64,000 nucleotides of DNA from positions 14,157 to 78,156 of the forward strand of contig CAZBMV010000002.1 in NCBI GenBank assembly GCA_964493145.1, given 5' to 3'. Below, in pieces: positions 20,962-32,054 of the stretch. The DNA is from an uncultured Candidatus Saccharibacteria bacterium (GTDB lineage: Bacteria > Patescibacteriota > Minisyncoccia > Phycocordibacterales > UBA918). The number at the start of each line of letters is the position of its first letter. The first letter of the stretch is position 1. The notes below the pieces were generated by a model. It was not told the origin of the DNA and did not search any database. It saw only the letters and a program-made list of their open reading frames with translations. Position numbers and translations under genes: made by a program.

Positions 20962-21930
20962 ATGCTTGAAACAAACGTCGCATTGCCATCAAAGCCACGA
21001 GTCGTAAAGGAGGAAGAATTCTCAGGTGTTTTTGAAATTGACGGACTCTACCCGGGGTACGGTCACACACTCGGTAACTCACTCCGACGTATTATTCTCT
21101 CATCACTTCCGGGAGCGGCAATCACAAAAGTAAAAATTGATGGTGTAGACCACGAGTTTTCAACAATCACGGGCGTAAAGGAGGATGTCGTAACCATCCT
21201 TCTCAACCTCAAGCGCGTACGTCTCCACATGCACAGCGACACTCCGCTCACCCTCACACTCAAAGCCAGCGGTGCACAGACGGTAACCGCGAAGAACATT
21301 GATGCACCAAGCCAGATTACTATTTTGAATCCTGAGCAAAAAATCGCAGAAATTACGGAAAAGTCTACGACGCTTAACATGGAAATCACCGTTGAACATG
21401 GCCTTGGCTACGTTCCTCGCGAAATTCATCAGAAGGAGAAGGTTGAGATTGGCACCATTGCACTTGATGCAGTATTTACGCCGATTCGCCGCGTAAACTA
21501 TGAGGTTGAGAACATGCGCGTCGGTGACCGCACCGATTACAACCGCCTTCGTTTTTTCATTGAGACCGATGGTACGCTCACCCCACGTCAAGCGCTTGAA
21601 AACTCCATTGAAATCATGATACACCAGCTCAAGGCAGTCATCGGTTTCCAGGATGCGGTACACACACCGTCAGAGACGGCAAACCATGATGAAGTACATG
21701 AACAGGATGCATCCGATATTGTTGACACCGACGCTCTCAAGACTCGCATTGAAACACTCGACCTCTCAACTCGTACACTTAATGCGCTTGAAAATGCGAA
21801 CATTCGTACGCTCGGCGGACTTGTGCGTAAGAAAAAAGATGATATTCTTGCGCTCGAAGGTATGGGTCCAAAGGGGATTGAGGAGCTTGAGACCATACTC
21901 GGTAAGATGAATCTAGGATTTAAGGAATAA
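20962..21930 (+). CDS. rpoA: RNA polymerase alpha subunit
   Basis: GYGHTLGNSLRRIILSSLPGAA, HEFSTI.GVKED, DAVFTPI, alpha-CTD. Confidence 0.98.
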   Translation: MLETNVALPSKPRVVKEEEFSGVFEIDGLYPGYGHTLGNSLRRIILSSLPGAAITKVKIDGVDHEFSTITGVKEDVVTILLNLKRVRLHMHSDTPLTLTLKASGAQTVTAKNIDAPSQITILNPEQKIAEITEKSTTLNMEITVEHGLGYVPREIHQKEKVEIGTIALDAVFTPIRRVNYEVENMRVGDRTDYNRLRFFIETDGTLTPRQALENSIEIMIHQLKAVIGFQDAVHTPSETANHDEVHEQDASDIVDTDALKTRIETLDLSTRTLNALENANIRTLGGLVRKKKDDILALEGMGPKGIEELETILGKMNLGFKE

Positions 21931-21931
21931 C

Positions 21932-22285
21932 ATGCGACACCACTCACAAAAAAGAACACTCGGACGATCACGCAGCCAACGTACTGCGCTCCTTCGTGGA
22001 CTTGCTATTTCGCTCTTTGAGCACGGAACTATCAAGACAACGGAAGCGAAAGCGAAGGAACTTCGTCCGTATGTTGAAAAACTCATCACGAAGAGCAAAC
22101 AGGACTCTGTTGTCTCACGACGAAACGTCATGAGCACACTCGGGGAGCCAAAGGATGCAGTTGTAAAGAAACTGTTCACCGATATCGCAAAGCGGTATGC
22201 GGAACGACAGGGAGGGTACACACGCATTGTAAAACTTGGTGAGACACGTGCAGGTCGCAGTGAAGCCTGCGTTGAGCTCGTATAA
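21932..22285 (+). CDS. rplQ: 50S ribosomal protein L17
   Basis: MRH...LGR, IKTTEAKAKELR, R.GGYTRI.K. Confidence 0.98.
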   Translation: MRHHSQKRTLGRSRSQRTALLRGLAISLFEHGTIKTTEAKAKELRPYVEKLITKSKQDSVVSRRNVMSTLGEPKDAVVKKLFTDIAKRYAERQGGYTRIVKLGETRAGRSEACVELV

Positions 22286-22295
22286 CGAATATACT

Positions 22296-22646
22296 ATGGA
22301 TAAGAAAGAATACATTATTGATGCATCAAACAAGCGACTCGGACGTATTGCAACCGAGGCTGCTTCAGTGCTTCTCGGAAAGAATACGACTCATTTTGCA
22401 AAAAATGTTGTTGAACCGGTGACGGTAAAAATTACCAATGCACACCTCTTGGATATTACCGAGAAGCGTGGGAACATGGAATTTCAATCATACTCAGGGT
22501 ACCCGGGTGGACGACGCGTAGAGACACTTGCGCACCTTGCAAAACGTCTCGGGTACAGTGAAGTTGTTCGCCGCGTTGTGAGCGGTATGATTCCAAAGAA
22601 CAAACTCCATTCACCACGAATGCGTAATCTTGAAGTAACAGAATAA
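22296..22646 (+). CDS. rplM: 50S ribosomal protein L13
   Basis: IIDA...LGRIAT, LLGK, YSGYPGG, V.GMIPKN. Confidence 0.96.
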   Translation: MDKKEYIIDASNKRLGRIATEAASVLLGKNTTHFAKNVVEPVTVKITNAHLLDITEKRGNMEFQSYSGYPGGRRVETLAHLAKRLGYSEVVRRVVSGMIPKNKLHSPRMRNLEVTE

Positions 22647-22652
22647 TCACGT

Positions 22653-23054
22653 ATGGCAACGAAACAATACATAGAGGGGATCGGACGACGAAAGACTGCG
22701 ACGGCGCGCGTACGTATTACAAAATCAAAAGATTCACGAGTCATTGTGAATGAAAAGCCGATTGCTGAATACTTCAAAGCTCGCACACTCCAGAAGAATG
22801 TGCTCTCGGCACTGGAAGTTGAAAACGCAGGTATTGATACCTACGAAATCAGCGCACACGTACAGGGAGGTGGCCTCAGCGCACAGGCAGACGCCATTAA
22901 ACTCGGTGTCGCTCGCGCCCTCCTTAAGGAAAAGGCGGATCGCAGAAGTGTCCTTAAAAAGGCGGGACTCCTGAAGCGAGACGCTCGCGCAGTTGAACGA
23001 AAGAAGTTCGGTCTCCGCAAAGCACGACGTCGCCCACAGTGGTCAAAACGTTAG
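22653..23054 (+). CDS. rpsI: 30S ribosomal protein S9
   Basis: GRRKTATARV, GGGLSAQADAI, ERKKFGLRKAR..QWSKR. Confidence 0.98.
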   Translation: MATKQYIEGIGRRKTATARVRITKSKDSRVIVNEKPIAEYFKARTLQKNVLSALEVENAGIDTYEISAHVQGGGLSAQADAIKLGVARALLKEKADRRSVLKKAGLLKRDARAVERKKFGLRKARRRPQWSKR

Positions 23055-23056
23055 TA

Positions 23057-23083
23057 AAAAAGGCTCCTCTACGGAGCCTTTTC
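23057..23083 (+). terminator. Intrinsic terminator after rpsI
   Basis: aaaaggctcc-tctac-ggagcctttt. Confidence 0.8.
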
Positions 23084-23228
23084 AACGCTTTGAAGACGAA
23101 GCGATGTTTTGTCGATCACAAGGAGACAAAACCGCGAGTCCGGCCAGGAAGCATTTATGAGCGTAAGCGAATGAGTAACCTGACGCCAACGAGATAGTAA
23201 AGTGGCTCCACTACGAAGCCTTTTTCAA
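23061..23228. repeat. Imperfect direct repeat of the terminator bracketing a ~115-bp structured non-coding segment
   Basis: ggctcctctacggagccttttcaa (~23062) vs ggctccactacgaagcctttttcaa (~23204). Confidence 0.6.
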
Positions 23229-23407
23229 TACCTTGAGGCAAGGGTATTTCGTACTTACTTTTTATTGACACGTGTGAGGCATAGATACATGGCAGACCTA
23301 CGATGTCGGCGACTTTAAATTTATAAACAGTAGCGTGTTTGTATTATATTTTCCTATTTTTTTCCGATTTTGACATGACCGAAAATCGCAGTTATAATGC
23401 ACGCACT

Positions 23408-23989
23408 ATGGTAGAAAAAGAGCATGTACATGATGAAGAAGTAGTGATTGAGGAAGGAGAGCACGTGTTACATGAGGACGATGTAGAGCTTGAAGAAGAG
23501 GAGGGGTTGACGAGGGACAAGCTCAAAGCCATGCGAGAAAAATTGCGAGCGTGTGAGGTGGAAAAGACAAAACACCAGGACGACCTCCAACGAGCACGTG
23601 CGGACTTTCTCAACAGCAAACGTCGTCTTGAGGAACAACTCCTACGCGACAGAGAGCGCTCACGTGACGGCATTCTCACCGAACTCCTCACCCTCGCAGA
23701 CAGTTTTGACACCGCAATGATGAACGCAGAAGCATGGCAATCACTGGACGCAACATGGAGAACGGGCATTGAAGCGATACAATCAAAACTTACTGCGATT
23801 CTCAAGAGCAACGGCGTAGAAGAAATTAATCCAGTCGGACAACCATTTAGCCCACACGAGCACGAAGCGGTTTCAAGTGAAGCGGTAGAGGACGAACAGG
23901 TGGACACCGTGATCAGGGTGCTTCAGAAAGGATACCGACGGAATGCAGACATTCTTCGCCCCGCTCGTGTTGTCGTAGGAGCAAAGTAA
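23408..23989 (+). CDS. grpE: Nucleotide exchange factor GrpE
   Basis: [20 protein letters not shown]...LRPARVVV. Confidence 0.96.
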   Translation: MVEKEHVHDEEVVIEEGEHVLHEDDVELEEEEGLTRDKLKAMREKLRACEVEKTKHQDDLQRARADFLNSKRRLEEQLLRDRERSRDGILTELLTLADSFDTAMMNAEAWQSLDATWRTGIEAIQSKLTAILKSNGVEEINPVGQPFSPHEHEAVSSEAVEDEQVDTVIRVLQKGYRRNADILRPARVVVGAK

Positions 23990-24021
23990 ATGTATTATCA
24001 CAATTTAATTTCATACAACAT

Positions 24022-25914
24022 ATGGCAAAAATTCTTGGCATAGACCTTGGAACAACAAACTCCGCAATGGCAATCATTGAGGCGGGTGAACCTACGATCA
24101 TTGAGAATGCTGAAGGAAACCGCACAACACCTTCAATCGTTGCCATTTCGAAAACAAATGAACGTCTCGTGGGACAAATTGCGAAGCGTCAAGCGGTAAC
24201 AAACCCGAAAAATACCATTTACGGTATCAAGCGCTTCATGGGACACAGTTTCAATGAGCAAGCGGTCCAGAGCGACAAAGCAATCGTACCGTACGAGGTA
24301 AAGAGCGGCGCCGACAATGGTGTGCTCGTACACATGGGTGAGAAGGACTATCGACCGGAGGAAGTGTCGGCGATGATACTCGCAAAGCTAAAGGCCGACG
24401 CAGAGGCAAAACTCGGAGAAAAGATTACCGAAGCGGTCATCACGGTGCCGGCGTACTTTAATGACGCACAGCGTAAGGCGACGCAGGACGCAGGGAAGAT
24501 TGCCGGCCTTGAGGTGAAGCGCATCATCAATGAGCCGACTGCGGCGGCACTCGCGTACGGATTCAATAAGAAGAAAGAAGAAAAGATTGTCGTCTACGAC
24601 TTCGGTGGCGGTACCTTTGACGTGACGGTGCTTGAGGTTGGCGATGACGTCATTGAGGTGCAGTCAACGGACGGCGACGCACACATGGGTGGTCGTGACA
24701 TTGACCAAAAAATTGTTCGCCACCTCATTGCGGAATTCAAGAGTCTTGAGGGTATTGACCTCGGCAAAGACCCGCTCGCACTCCAGCGTCTCGACGAAGC
24801 GGCAGAAAAGGCAAAGCACGAACTCTCATCTACGGGAGAGGCGGAAATCAATATTCCGTTCATCACCTCTGACGCGAACGGTCCAAAACATATGCTCGTA
24901 AAGCTTACCCGTGCAAAACTTGAGGAACTCGCACGTGAGTACGTTGACCGTTCCATTGAAATCACAAAGCGTGCGCTTGAAGCGTCTGGTCTTAAAAAAG
25001 AAGACATTGATGAAATCATTCTCGTCGGCGGACAAACTCGTATGCCCGCAATCGTACAGGCGGTGAAAGACCTCTTCGGCAAGGAACCGAACAAATCAGT
25101 GAATCCGGACGAGGTGGTTGCACTCGGTGCCGCAATTCAGGCAGGAATTTTTCAGGGTGACATTCACGACATCACACTCGTTGACGTCATTCCGCTTTCA
25201 CTCGGCATTGAGACCATGGGCGGCGTTTCAACGAAACTCGTTGAGAAGAACACGCACATTCCCACAAAGCGAGAGCAAATATTCTCAACTGCGGCAGACA
25301 ACCAGACATCGGTAGAGATTCACATTACACAGGGGGAGCGCTCAATGGCAGCGGACAACAAGTCACTCGGTCGGTTCATTCTTGACGGTATTCCGCCGGC
25401 ACCCCGCGGCATGCCACAGATTGAGGTTGTCTTTGACGTAGACAGCAACGGTGTGCTCAACGTTACCGCACGAGACAAGTCAACGGGGAAAGAGCAAAAG
25501 ATTCGCATTGAGGCGAACTCAGGTCTCACACCCGATGACATTGAACGCATGAAGCAAGACGCCGAGGCACACGCAAGCGACGATGCGAAGAAAAAGGAAC
25601 TCATTGATTCACGCAACATCGCCGACCAAATGATATACACCGCTGAAAAGTCGCTTCAGGATCACAAGGATGCGATTCCGACCGATGTGAAAACTGCTGT
25701 TGAGGACAAGGTTAAAGCGCTTCGCGAAGTGAAAGATAAAGACGACAATGAAGTTATTAAGTCAAAGACCCAAGAACTTTCACACGAAATGCAAAAGATA
25801 GGTGAGGCAATTCAAAAAAATTCCGCTGGGCAGGGAACTGCACAGGAGGCACCGAAGACTGACGAGAACATTCGCGATGCTGAACCCGGTGATGAAAACA
25901 ACACGACAAATTAG
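24022..25914 (+). CDS. dnaK: Chaperone DnaK
   Basis: [35 protein letters not shown]. Confidence 0.99.
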   Translation: MAKILGIDLGTTNSAMAIIEAGEPTIIENAEGNRTTPSIVAISKTNERLVGQIAKRQAVTNPKNTIYGIKRFMGHSFNEQAVQSDKAIVPYEVKSGADNGVLVHMGEKDYRPEEVSAMILAKLKADAEAKLGEKITEAVITVPAYFNDAQRKATQDAGKIAGLEVKRIINEPTAAALAYGFNKKKEEKIVVYDFGGGTFDVTVLEVGDDVIEVQSTDGDAHMGGRDIDQKIVRHLIAEFKSLEGIDLGKDPLALQRLDEAAEKAKHELSSTGEAEINIPFITSDANGPKHMLVKLTRAKLEELAREYVDRSIEITKRALEASGLKKEDIDEIILVGGQTRMPAIVQAVKDLFGKEPNKSVNPDEVVALGAAIQAGIFQGDIHDITLVDVIPLSLGIETMGGVSTKLVEKNTHIPTKREQIFSTAADNQTSVEIHITQGERSMAADNKSLGRFILDGIPPAPRGMPQIEVVFDVDSNGVLNVTARDKSTGKEQKIRIEANSGLTPDDIERMKQDAEAHASDDAKKKELIDSRNIADQMIYTAEKSLQDHKDAIPTDVKTAVEDKVKALREVKDKDDNEVIKSKTQELSHEMQKIGEAIQKNSAGQGTAQEAPKTDENIRDAEPGDENNTTN

Positions 25915-25929
25915 TGGTACACTCTTCAT

Positions 25930-27000
25930 ATGAAAAATTACTACGAAATCCTCGGCATTCAGAAGAATGCAACAAAAGACGAAGTGAAGAAGGCGTTTCG
26001 TAAACTTGCTGCGAAGTACCACCCTGACAAGAAAACCGGTGATGAGGCAAAATTCAAGGAAATAAGCGAGGCATACGCCACACTTTCGGACGACAAGAAG
26101 CGTGCAGAATACGACACGTACGGTCGCTCGTACGCGCAGGGCGGTGCACAGGGTGGGCAGTGGGGTGGTTTTCAGGGTGGCTTTGGTGGCGCAAACATGG
26201 AGTTTGACCTCAATGATATTTTTGAAAACTTCGGTGATATTTTCGGCGGAGGACGTTCATCGGGAGCGCGACGACAGGCACGTGGAAATGACGTTTCAGT
26301 GGATATTGAACTGACATTTAAAGAGGCAATATTTGGCACGAAGCGAACACTACGCCTCATGAAGCACAACGTGTGTGAGACATGCGGTGGAACCGGAGCG
26401 AAGCCACACACCGAAATGACGACGTGTAGCACCTGTAACGGCAACGGCCGTGTTCGTGAGACGAGGCAGAGCATTCTCGGACAATTTGCGACCGTGCGAG
26501 AGTGTTCCGTATGTAACGGCACCGGCAAGATTCCAAAGGAGAAATGCTCCGACTGTCATGGCGCGGGTGTGAAGCGAACGGAGGACACGATTGACATCAG
26601 TATTCCTGCCGGCATTGAACCGGGTGAAATGATTCGGATGACAGGGCGAGGGGAAGGAGTGAAAAACGGTATTGCAGGCGATCTCTACATTAAGGTACAC
26701 GTACAGCGTCATGCAACCATTCACCGCAATGGTGACAACCTGGAGATGACCCTTCGTGTAAAGCTCTCCGACGCGCTCCTCGGCGCAACGTACAACGTTG
26801 AAACGCTTGATGGCGAAGTGAGCATCAAAATTCCCGAAGGTGTTCAGCACGGCGAGATTCTCCGCATAAAGGGGAGGGGGGTGCCGACATCAGGCTCACA
26901 CCGCGGTGACTTCCACGTAAAGATTATGATAGATATTCCACAGAAACTTTCACGGAACGCAAAGAAACTCGTTGAAGAGCTGAGAAAAGACGGAATTTAA
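25930..27000 (+). CDS. dnaJ: Chaperone DnaJ
   Basis: J domain with HPD, G/F region, four CxxCxGxG repeats. Confidence 0.98.
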   Translation: MKNYYEILGIQKNATKDEVKKAFRKLAAKYHPDKKTGDEAKFKEISEAYATLSDDKKRAEYDTYGRSYAQGGAQGGQWGGFQGGFGGANMEFDLNDIFENFGDIFGGGRSSGARRQARGNDVSVDIELTFKEAIFGTKRTLRLMKHNVCETCGGTGAKPHTEMTTCSTCNGNGRVRETRQSILGQFATVRECSVCNGTGKIPKEKCSDCHGAGVKRTEDTIDISIPAGIEPGEMIRMTGRGEGVKNGIAGDLYIKVHVQRHATIHRNGDNLEMTLRVKLSDALLGATYNVETLDGEVSIKIPEGVQHGEILRIKGRGVPTSGSHRGDFHVKIMIDIPQKLSRNAKKLVEELRKDGI

Positions 27001-27042
27001 TTCCACAGTATACGCCATGTAGAATATGTATAGCGCGTGGTA

Positions 27043-27285
27043 TTAATAATTCCGATATGTTTTCTCATTTCTTAAGGAAACCTCTAGAATCTCAATGTCA
27101 TCGTGTAATTGTCTGAAGATAATTCGTTTACTACCAACTCTAACGCGGTAGATATCACGATACCCCTTCAGCTTCTTGATATCATATTGTTCTGTTCCTT
27201 GTTCAATAATATCAGCAATCACCCTAGCGAGCAGAATTGATTCCGCTTTTGAGAGTTTTCTAAGAAATTTGTCAATTTTATCCAT
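27043..27285 (-). CDS. RelE/ParE-family toxin
   Basis: IKKLKGY..IYRVRVG..RIIF; overlaps the antitoxin stop. Confidence 0.85.
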   Translation of the reverse strand: MDKIDKFLRKLSKAESILLARVIADIIEQGTEQYDIKKLKGYRDIYRVRVGSKRIIFRQLHDDIEILEVSLRNEKTYRNY

Positions 27286-27529
27286 TGAGCTTTTTAAGTC
27301 TCTTGAGGATCTCTTTTCCGCTCACTCCTCGTGGATTAATCTCCGTAAAATCAATAATGGTTTCCCAACCCATTTCCTCTTCATCAACCGGACTAAGGCG
27401 GAAGATGGGACGATTGCGGCGCATCACGGTTATGGACTCACCCTTATCAACACGAGAAATGTATTTTTCCATGTTCTCACGGAGTTCCTTGAGTCCAACC
27501 ACTTTGAGTTTTGCGAGTTTTGTATTCAT
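27278..27529 (-). CDS. Phd/YefM-family antitoxin
   Basis: VGLKELRENM..YI..V.KGES.TV.RR..P.F. Confidence 0.88.
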   Translation of the reverse strand: MNTKLAKLKVVGLKELRENMEKYISRVDKGESITVMRRNRPIFRLSPVDEEEMGWETIIDFTEINPRGVSGKEILKRLKKLNG

Positions 27530-27538
27530 AATACGAAT

Positions 27539-27567
27539 AAGTTTATCTTAAGATAAACTTTAGTCAA
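27539..27567 (-). promoter_or_regulatory. TA promoter overlapped by a perfect 22-bp palindromic operator
   Basis: aagtttatcttaagataaactt (27539-27560) just downstream of minus-strand TTGACT. Confidence 0.75.
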
Positions 27568-27625
27568 CAGGCATTGTATACAGAGCATTGCGCACGTATA
27601 AACTATTCCATACTATAATACTTTC

Positions 27626-28105
27626 ATGGAATCAGGCGATATTATTTCATTTCTCAAGGAATCCATTTTCACCGTTACGGTGTTCTCGGTTTTTCTTGTG
27701 TACGCCATGGCGAAGGGGCGCTACGCGCTCGTCAATGTTATTTTTGCGCTGTACCTCGCGCTTCTCGTTTCAATCAAATTTCCATACTTTAGCAATGTCG
27801 TGGGTGGGGGAGGGCAGAGCGGTGCGATGACAAAAATTCTCATTTTCGCCGGCTTTACCGTACTCGGCATTATGCTTTTCAGACGTCACATACCGGGTGA
27901 CGACTACGAGCCTGCATTTCATAAATTGGGCATGAAGGTGCTCCTCGCCACCATGGCGACCGTGCTCGTCATGGCGTACAGTTTTCACGCACTCCCGGTG
28001 ACGGAAATACTCACACCCTCAACACCGATTCAACACCTCTTTGCTCCCGAACAGCACTTCTTCTGGTGGCTCATCCTCCCACTCGCGGTCCTCTTCTTTG
28101 TGTAA
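27626..28105 (+). CDS. Membrane protein
   Basis: 159 aa, about 5 TM segments. Confidence 0.7.
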   Translation: MESGDIISFLKESIFTVTVFSVFLVYAMAKGRYALVNVIFALYLALLVSIKFPYFSNVVGGGGQSGAMTKILIFAGFTVLGIMLFRRHIPGDDYEPAFHKLGMKVLLATMATVLVMAYSFHALPVTEILTPSTPIQHLFAPEQHFFWWLILPLAVLFFV

Positions 28106-28111
28106 TTCCTC

Positions 28112-28831
28112 ATGCTGATCAAACCGATCAAAACATCACTTTTCAATATCAATGATGATCTATTTTTATTCATCACAAAATATATTAAAAAATTTAACGA
28201 GTATGACATACTCGTTATAACATCAAAAATTGTTGCCCTCTCTCAGGGGTGCGTGATTCCACACGATTCGTATACCAAGTATATGAATACCGTCTCAGCC
28301 CATTCAGTGAAGACGCCATGGGCGATACTCACGCTCACGAGTGAAGGGTGGTGTATTAATGCAGGTGTCGATGAATCTAACGTACGGAATGGCTACGTTA
28401 CACTGCCTGAAAACCCTTTTGAATATGCTCACATCCTGAGGAAGCGACTTAGGAAAAAATACGGTCTTAAAAATCTCGGTGTCATTATCACCGACACTCG
28501 AAGTGTCCCGCTTCGAGCCGGAACCGTTGGTCGCGCTATCGGCTGTGCCGGTTTTCATCCCCTCAAAAGCTACATTGGTAAAAAAGATTTGTTTGGGCGA
28601 AAGAGCAGAGTGACGGTGAGCAATAATGCCGACGCACTCGCGACCGGTGCGGTCTTCGTCATGGGCGAGGGAAGTGAGCAAACACCACTTGCGGTCATAC
28701 AAAATGCCCCGGTGAGATTCACTCAAAAAAAATTACCGAAAAAGGAAACACGCCTCTTTCTTCTCCCACGCGAAGATATTTTCACGTACCTATACAGAGC
28801 GCCTCGGAAATACCTCAAAGACACTCCATGA
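28112..28831 (+). CDS. CofE-like gamma-glutamyl ligase
   Basis: VITSKIVALSQG, NAGVDESN, GVIITDT...PLR.GT, DLFGR, VMGEG.E.TP. Confidence 0.88.
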   Translation: MLIKPIKTSLFNINDDLFLFITKYIKKFNEYDILVITSKIVALSQGCVIPHDSYTKYMNTVSAHSVKTPWAILTLTSEGWCINAGVDESNVRNGYVTLPENPFEYAHILRKRLRKKYGLKNLGVIITDTRSVPLRAGTVGRAIGCAGFHPLKSYIGKKDLFGRKSRVTVSNNADALATGAVFVMGEGSEQTPLAVIQNAPVRFTQKKLPKKETRLFLLPREDIFTYLYRAPRKYLKDTP

Positions 28832-29245
28832 GGAAATGTTGGTGTCGTACACTATCGTATAATCAACCGGCTCGTCCCACGATTGCCGTGTGAGAGTCTC
28901 TTTATCCTTAAACGATTCGGACGTTGCAACCCCGATGCGCACCCACTCCTTTGGAATAAGGGAAAGGAATCTGTCATACCACCCACCGCCACGTCCGTGG
29001 CGGGTGCCGTAAATATCAAAAGCCGTACCTGGTAGGAAGACACACACATTTTTCTTGTGTCCGAGTATTGCAGTGCACGTCTTCACCCACGTAACAACAT
29101 CCGCCTTCGCATCACATGGGATGACCAGCGTATCTTCTATATGTGTTATCGGAGTGTACTGGAGCGGATCAATCTCATCAAAATGTGGTGTGTACAAAAT
29201 TACACCCGTACACAATGCGAGTTCAGGAATATCAGCGCGAAGCAT
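28790..29245 (-). CDS. 5-formyltetrahydrofolate cyclo-ligase (short)
   Basis: PGTAFD..GTRHGRGGGWYDRFL; WDEPVD. Confidence 0.85.
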   Translation of the reverse strand: MLRADIPELALCTGVILYTPHFDEIDPLQYTPITHIEDTLVIPCDAKADVVTWVKTCTAILGHKKNVCVFLPGTAFDIYGTRHGRGGGWYDRFLSLIPKEWVRIGVATSESFKDKETLTRQSWDEPVDYTIVYDTNISSWSVFEVFPRRSV

Positions 29246-29302
29246 GAGGATACTATACAAAAAAATGCCATGGGTGGGAACCCACGGCATTCACCGGTAC
29301 AC

Positions 29303-30313
29303 CTAGGAATCAAGGCTTTTGAGTATCTTGGTGTACAACGCTTCAACAATCGCTTGTTGCTCCTTGCCACTACGCGCGTAATGATCGAGGCCGGGTGCCG
29401 CGTTAATTTCGAGGACCCAGTACTTCTTTGGCTCCATGGAAATATCACCATGGATCATGAGGTCGACCCCGCAAAGCCGAAGCCCCATGTCACGCGTAAG
29501 CGATATGGCAATATCACGAAACGCGCGATGTACCACACTCGTCACATCGACTGATTCGCCACCGGAGGAAAGGTTCGCATTATCGAGAAGAAACACTTGC
29601 TCTCCTTTCAAAATGACACTCTCGGGAGAGTAGCCACTTCGCGCGAGCTTTTCTTTGATGCGCGAATCATCAAACGCAATCTGTGTATCGCGCTTTGCCC
29701 GAGCGAACTCTTGTTGCTTCTTGAGGAGAAGCTCGCGTACCGTCATCTTTCCGTCACCCGTGACAGAGAGCGGGATACGCTCGTACGCAGAAATAATTTT
29801 TCCATCGAGAACCACAATGCGATAATCCTTCCCGGATACCGGCTTTTGCACGAGCACAATACGATCATCCTTGAATGCCGCTCTCATCGCTTTATAGAAT
29901 CCTTGCTTCGTGTGGACAAGTACCACACCTTTTCCCTGGCTCCCGCTGTTGGGTTTCACGATGACCGGAAAGCCGAGTTGTTGCGCATGCCTGTACGCAG
30001 CATCAATTCCTCGATTGGTAACACCGATAACCTTTCCCCAATCATCTCGGAAAAACGTTTTGCTTCCGGGAACAACAGGGTACCCCATGCGTGCCATAAA
30101 GAAATTCGCGTAATCCTTATCCTTCGCGATATCAGCGGCACCAACAGGATTGAGGTCAAGTGAATTGTACCTAAAGTACGACCGTTTGCCGCTCTTGAAG
30201 GTGATTTGCCCGGCAATGCGCCACACAGGCTCAAGGAGAACCCTTGCACCAATCTGCAGTGCCACCTTTTGAAGTACCTTTCCAAGTACAAGTGATTCGT
30301 GTTTCTTTTTCAT
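29303..30313 (-). CDS. ATP-grasp ligase resembling the cyanophycin synthetase/GshF ATP-grasp domain
   Basis: FPVIVKPNSGSQGKGV, GKDYRIVV, GDG..T..ELL, NLSSGG, GVDL, LEINAAPG. Confidence 0.85.
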   Translation of the reverse strand: MKKKHESLVLGKVLQKVALQIGARVLLEPVWRIAGQITFKSGKRSYFRYNSLDLNPVGAADIAKDKDYANFFMARMGYPVVPGSKTFFRDDWGKVIGVTNRGIDAAYRHAQQLGFPVIVKPNSGSQGKGVVLVHTKQGFYKAMRAAFKDDRIVLVQKPVSGKDYRIVVLDGKIISAYERIPLSVTGDGKMTVRELLLKKQQEFARAKRDTQIAFDDSRIKEKLARSGYSPESVILKGEQVFLLDNANLSSGGESVDVTSVVHRAFRDIAISLTRDMGLRLCGVDLMIHGDISMEPKKYWVLEINAAPGLDHYARSGKEQQAIVEALYTKILKSLDS

Positions 30314-30493
30314 GATTTCCTCCGTGATGTGATAGTACTGTAATGTACGAATTTACTTTGTAAAAAATGACACATGTAGCAATAAAAATCAAGCACTTTC
30401 GGTAATGTGCAAGCACATTACCGAAGGCACTGGACAAGTGTGTATTTTTATGCTAAAATACATATAATTTGATCTTTTCATAGGAGGTGTAAA

Positions 30494-31096
30494 ATGTGCA
30501 GCCAAAAAGGTGTGGCTGCCACGTTTGCAGCCTTCGCAGTACGTGTCACCCGCGTCTGGAATGCCTTCTTCGGTATCCAGTCGCACGACAGTAACACGAA
30601 AGCCGGCTACAAAGTCGGCAAGATAATAGCCCAGCGCGTCATCTACACAATGGCGGACTACTGGCTCATGGCTTTGTCTGCGGCATTTATCATTGTCGTG
30701 GACAAAGCACTCGGCTACGAGTGGTTCGGCCTATTCATGGCGATGTGGGGATTTGACATCGTCGTTGCGTGCGCCTTTGTTGCAATCTGGACACGCACGG
30801 GAGAGGACGTCACGCTCGGCGAGAGTTATCGCCGAGCGGCAGATGCCATTCATGCAGAGTCCCGCATTGCGGGATACCTTGCAATGGCAGGTGTCTGCAT
30901 CAAAGCGTCGTTCTGGGATGGTCCGGAGCATATTGTCATCTTCTTTCACAAGGAGATTGGCAATGAGGGACGAATGCTTGCTGTTCTCCTCGCGCTCACG
31001 GCAATTCAGGCGGCAATCTGGACTCCTGTCTACGTACTGGGGTTTGATACCGCCTCAGAACTCTTCACGCACATTATGAACACGTACGTGAGGTGA
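30494..31096 (+). CDS. Hypothetical membrane protein
   Basis: 200 aa, several TMs, SD aggaggtg upstream. Confidence 0.65.
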   Translation: MCSQKGVAATFAAFAVRVTRVWNAFFGIQSHDSNTKAGYKVGKIIAQRVIYTMADYWLMALSAAFIIVVDKALGYEWFGLFMAMWGFDIVVACAFVAIWTRTGEDVTLGESYRRAADAIHAESRIAGYLAMAGVCIKASFWDGPEHIVIFFHKEIGNEGRMLAVLLALTAIQAAIWTPVYVLGFDTASELFTHIMNTYVR

Positions 31097-31116
31097 CGGC
31101 CGACGCAGAGTTACAT

Positions 31117-31147
31117 ACTCGCCGACCCACGGTCGGCGAGTTTTTTA
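31117..31147 (+). terminator. Intrinsic terminator
   Basis: actcgccgacc-cac-ggtcggcgagt-tttttt. Confidence 0.85.
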
Positions 31148-31216
31148 TTCCCACGCGCACATGGTATTTCATCGTATTTCTCGTCATACTGTACAGAGCA
31201 CAGGGCTATTCAACAC

Positions 31217-31990
31217 ATGAACACCGCAAAATTTTTTACCAATCCAAACGACGCCGTCGCCGAGATTCAGCGCCGACGAAACGACACCGATCTGCGACAA
31301 CGAGTCGCCGATTTTTTGAATGGTGACATTCCCGAGCACTTCAGCGGCGACACTCCCATTCTCTACCTCGCACGCCACGTGGTAACACCGAGCCATGAGA
31401 CGCTCAAGTTCATTGAGAAGGCACAGCCACTCGGTCTCCCCATCGTGCTTGGACAAGATGTAAAAGATAAATTCGTTTCAAATAACTCAATGAAACGCAC
31501 CCTTGGCAAAATGCCTGTCGTGAAGGGCATCTCACGAAACACCGACGAAATTATTGAGCATTTCACCGTGATTGATTTTGACGACGCACAAGGAAAACCC
31601 TTTTGCGAAATTATGACAAAAAACAACGGGAGTCTCGTTGAGTTACACACATCACTCCTGAGGGAAATTTATCCAACCGGAATTACCATTGTAGATGAAT
31701 CGGAGTGGATAGACAGAAATGGACGTGGAAACATTCTAGAACACTACAAAAGATTTCTCACACTCTTCCTCGCACACGGTATTATGTATGAAACGTACAT
31801 TCTTGAGGATCACTACTTCGTAAAGCAGGTACTTGAGCCGGCGGTCGCCTTTGTGGAAGAAACGTTTGGGTACAAACCCCTCATCTGCGAACTCATACCA
31901 AATAGGGATATCGGAGAACGCAACTGGGACGCCTACCCGAGCGTTCTCTATGCCCGTATTAAGAACATGCTCACGGGTGACAAGAAATAG
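31217..31990 (+). CDS. Uncharacterised ~257-aa protein, paralogue of 35613 and 36397
   Basis: Shared motifs R[HQ]..[TS][PA], D.FV..N..K..LG, DF, LV[ED].H, AHG...E, W. Confidence 0.8.
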   Translation: MNTAKFFTNPNDAVAEIQRRRNDTDLRQRVADFLNGDIPEHFSGDTPILYLARHVVTPSHETLKFIEKAQPLGLPIVLGQDVKDKFVSNNSMKRTLGKMPVVKGISRNTDEIIEHFTVIDFDDAQGKPFCEIMTKNNGSLVELHTSLLREIYPTGITIVDESEWIDRNGRGNILEHYKRFLTLFLAHGIMYETYILEDHYFVKQVLEPAVAFVEETFGYKPLICELIPNRDIGERNWDAYPSVLYARIKNMLTGDKK

Positions 31991-32054
31991 ACTGGATTTG
32001 ATCCCGTGCATAAACAATAAAACAGATGGGGTGTGGGTGCTATAATTTACGTAC

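Noticed and set aside
29303-30313. Full cyanophycin synthetase
   Set aside because: Only 336 aa, with no Mur-ligase half and no cyanophycinase nearby.
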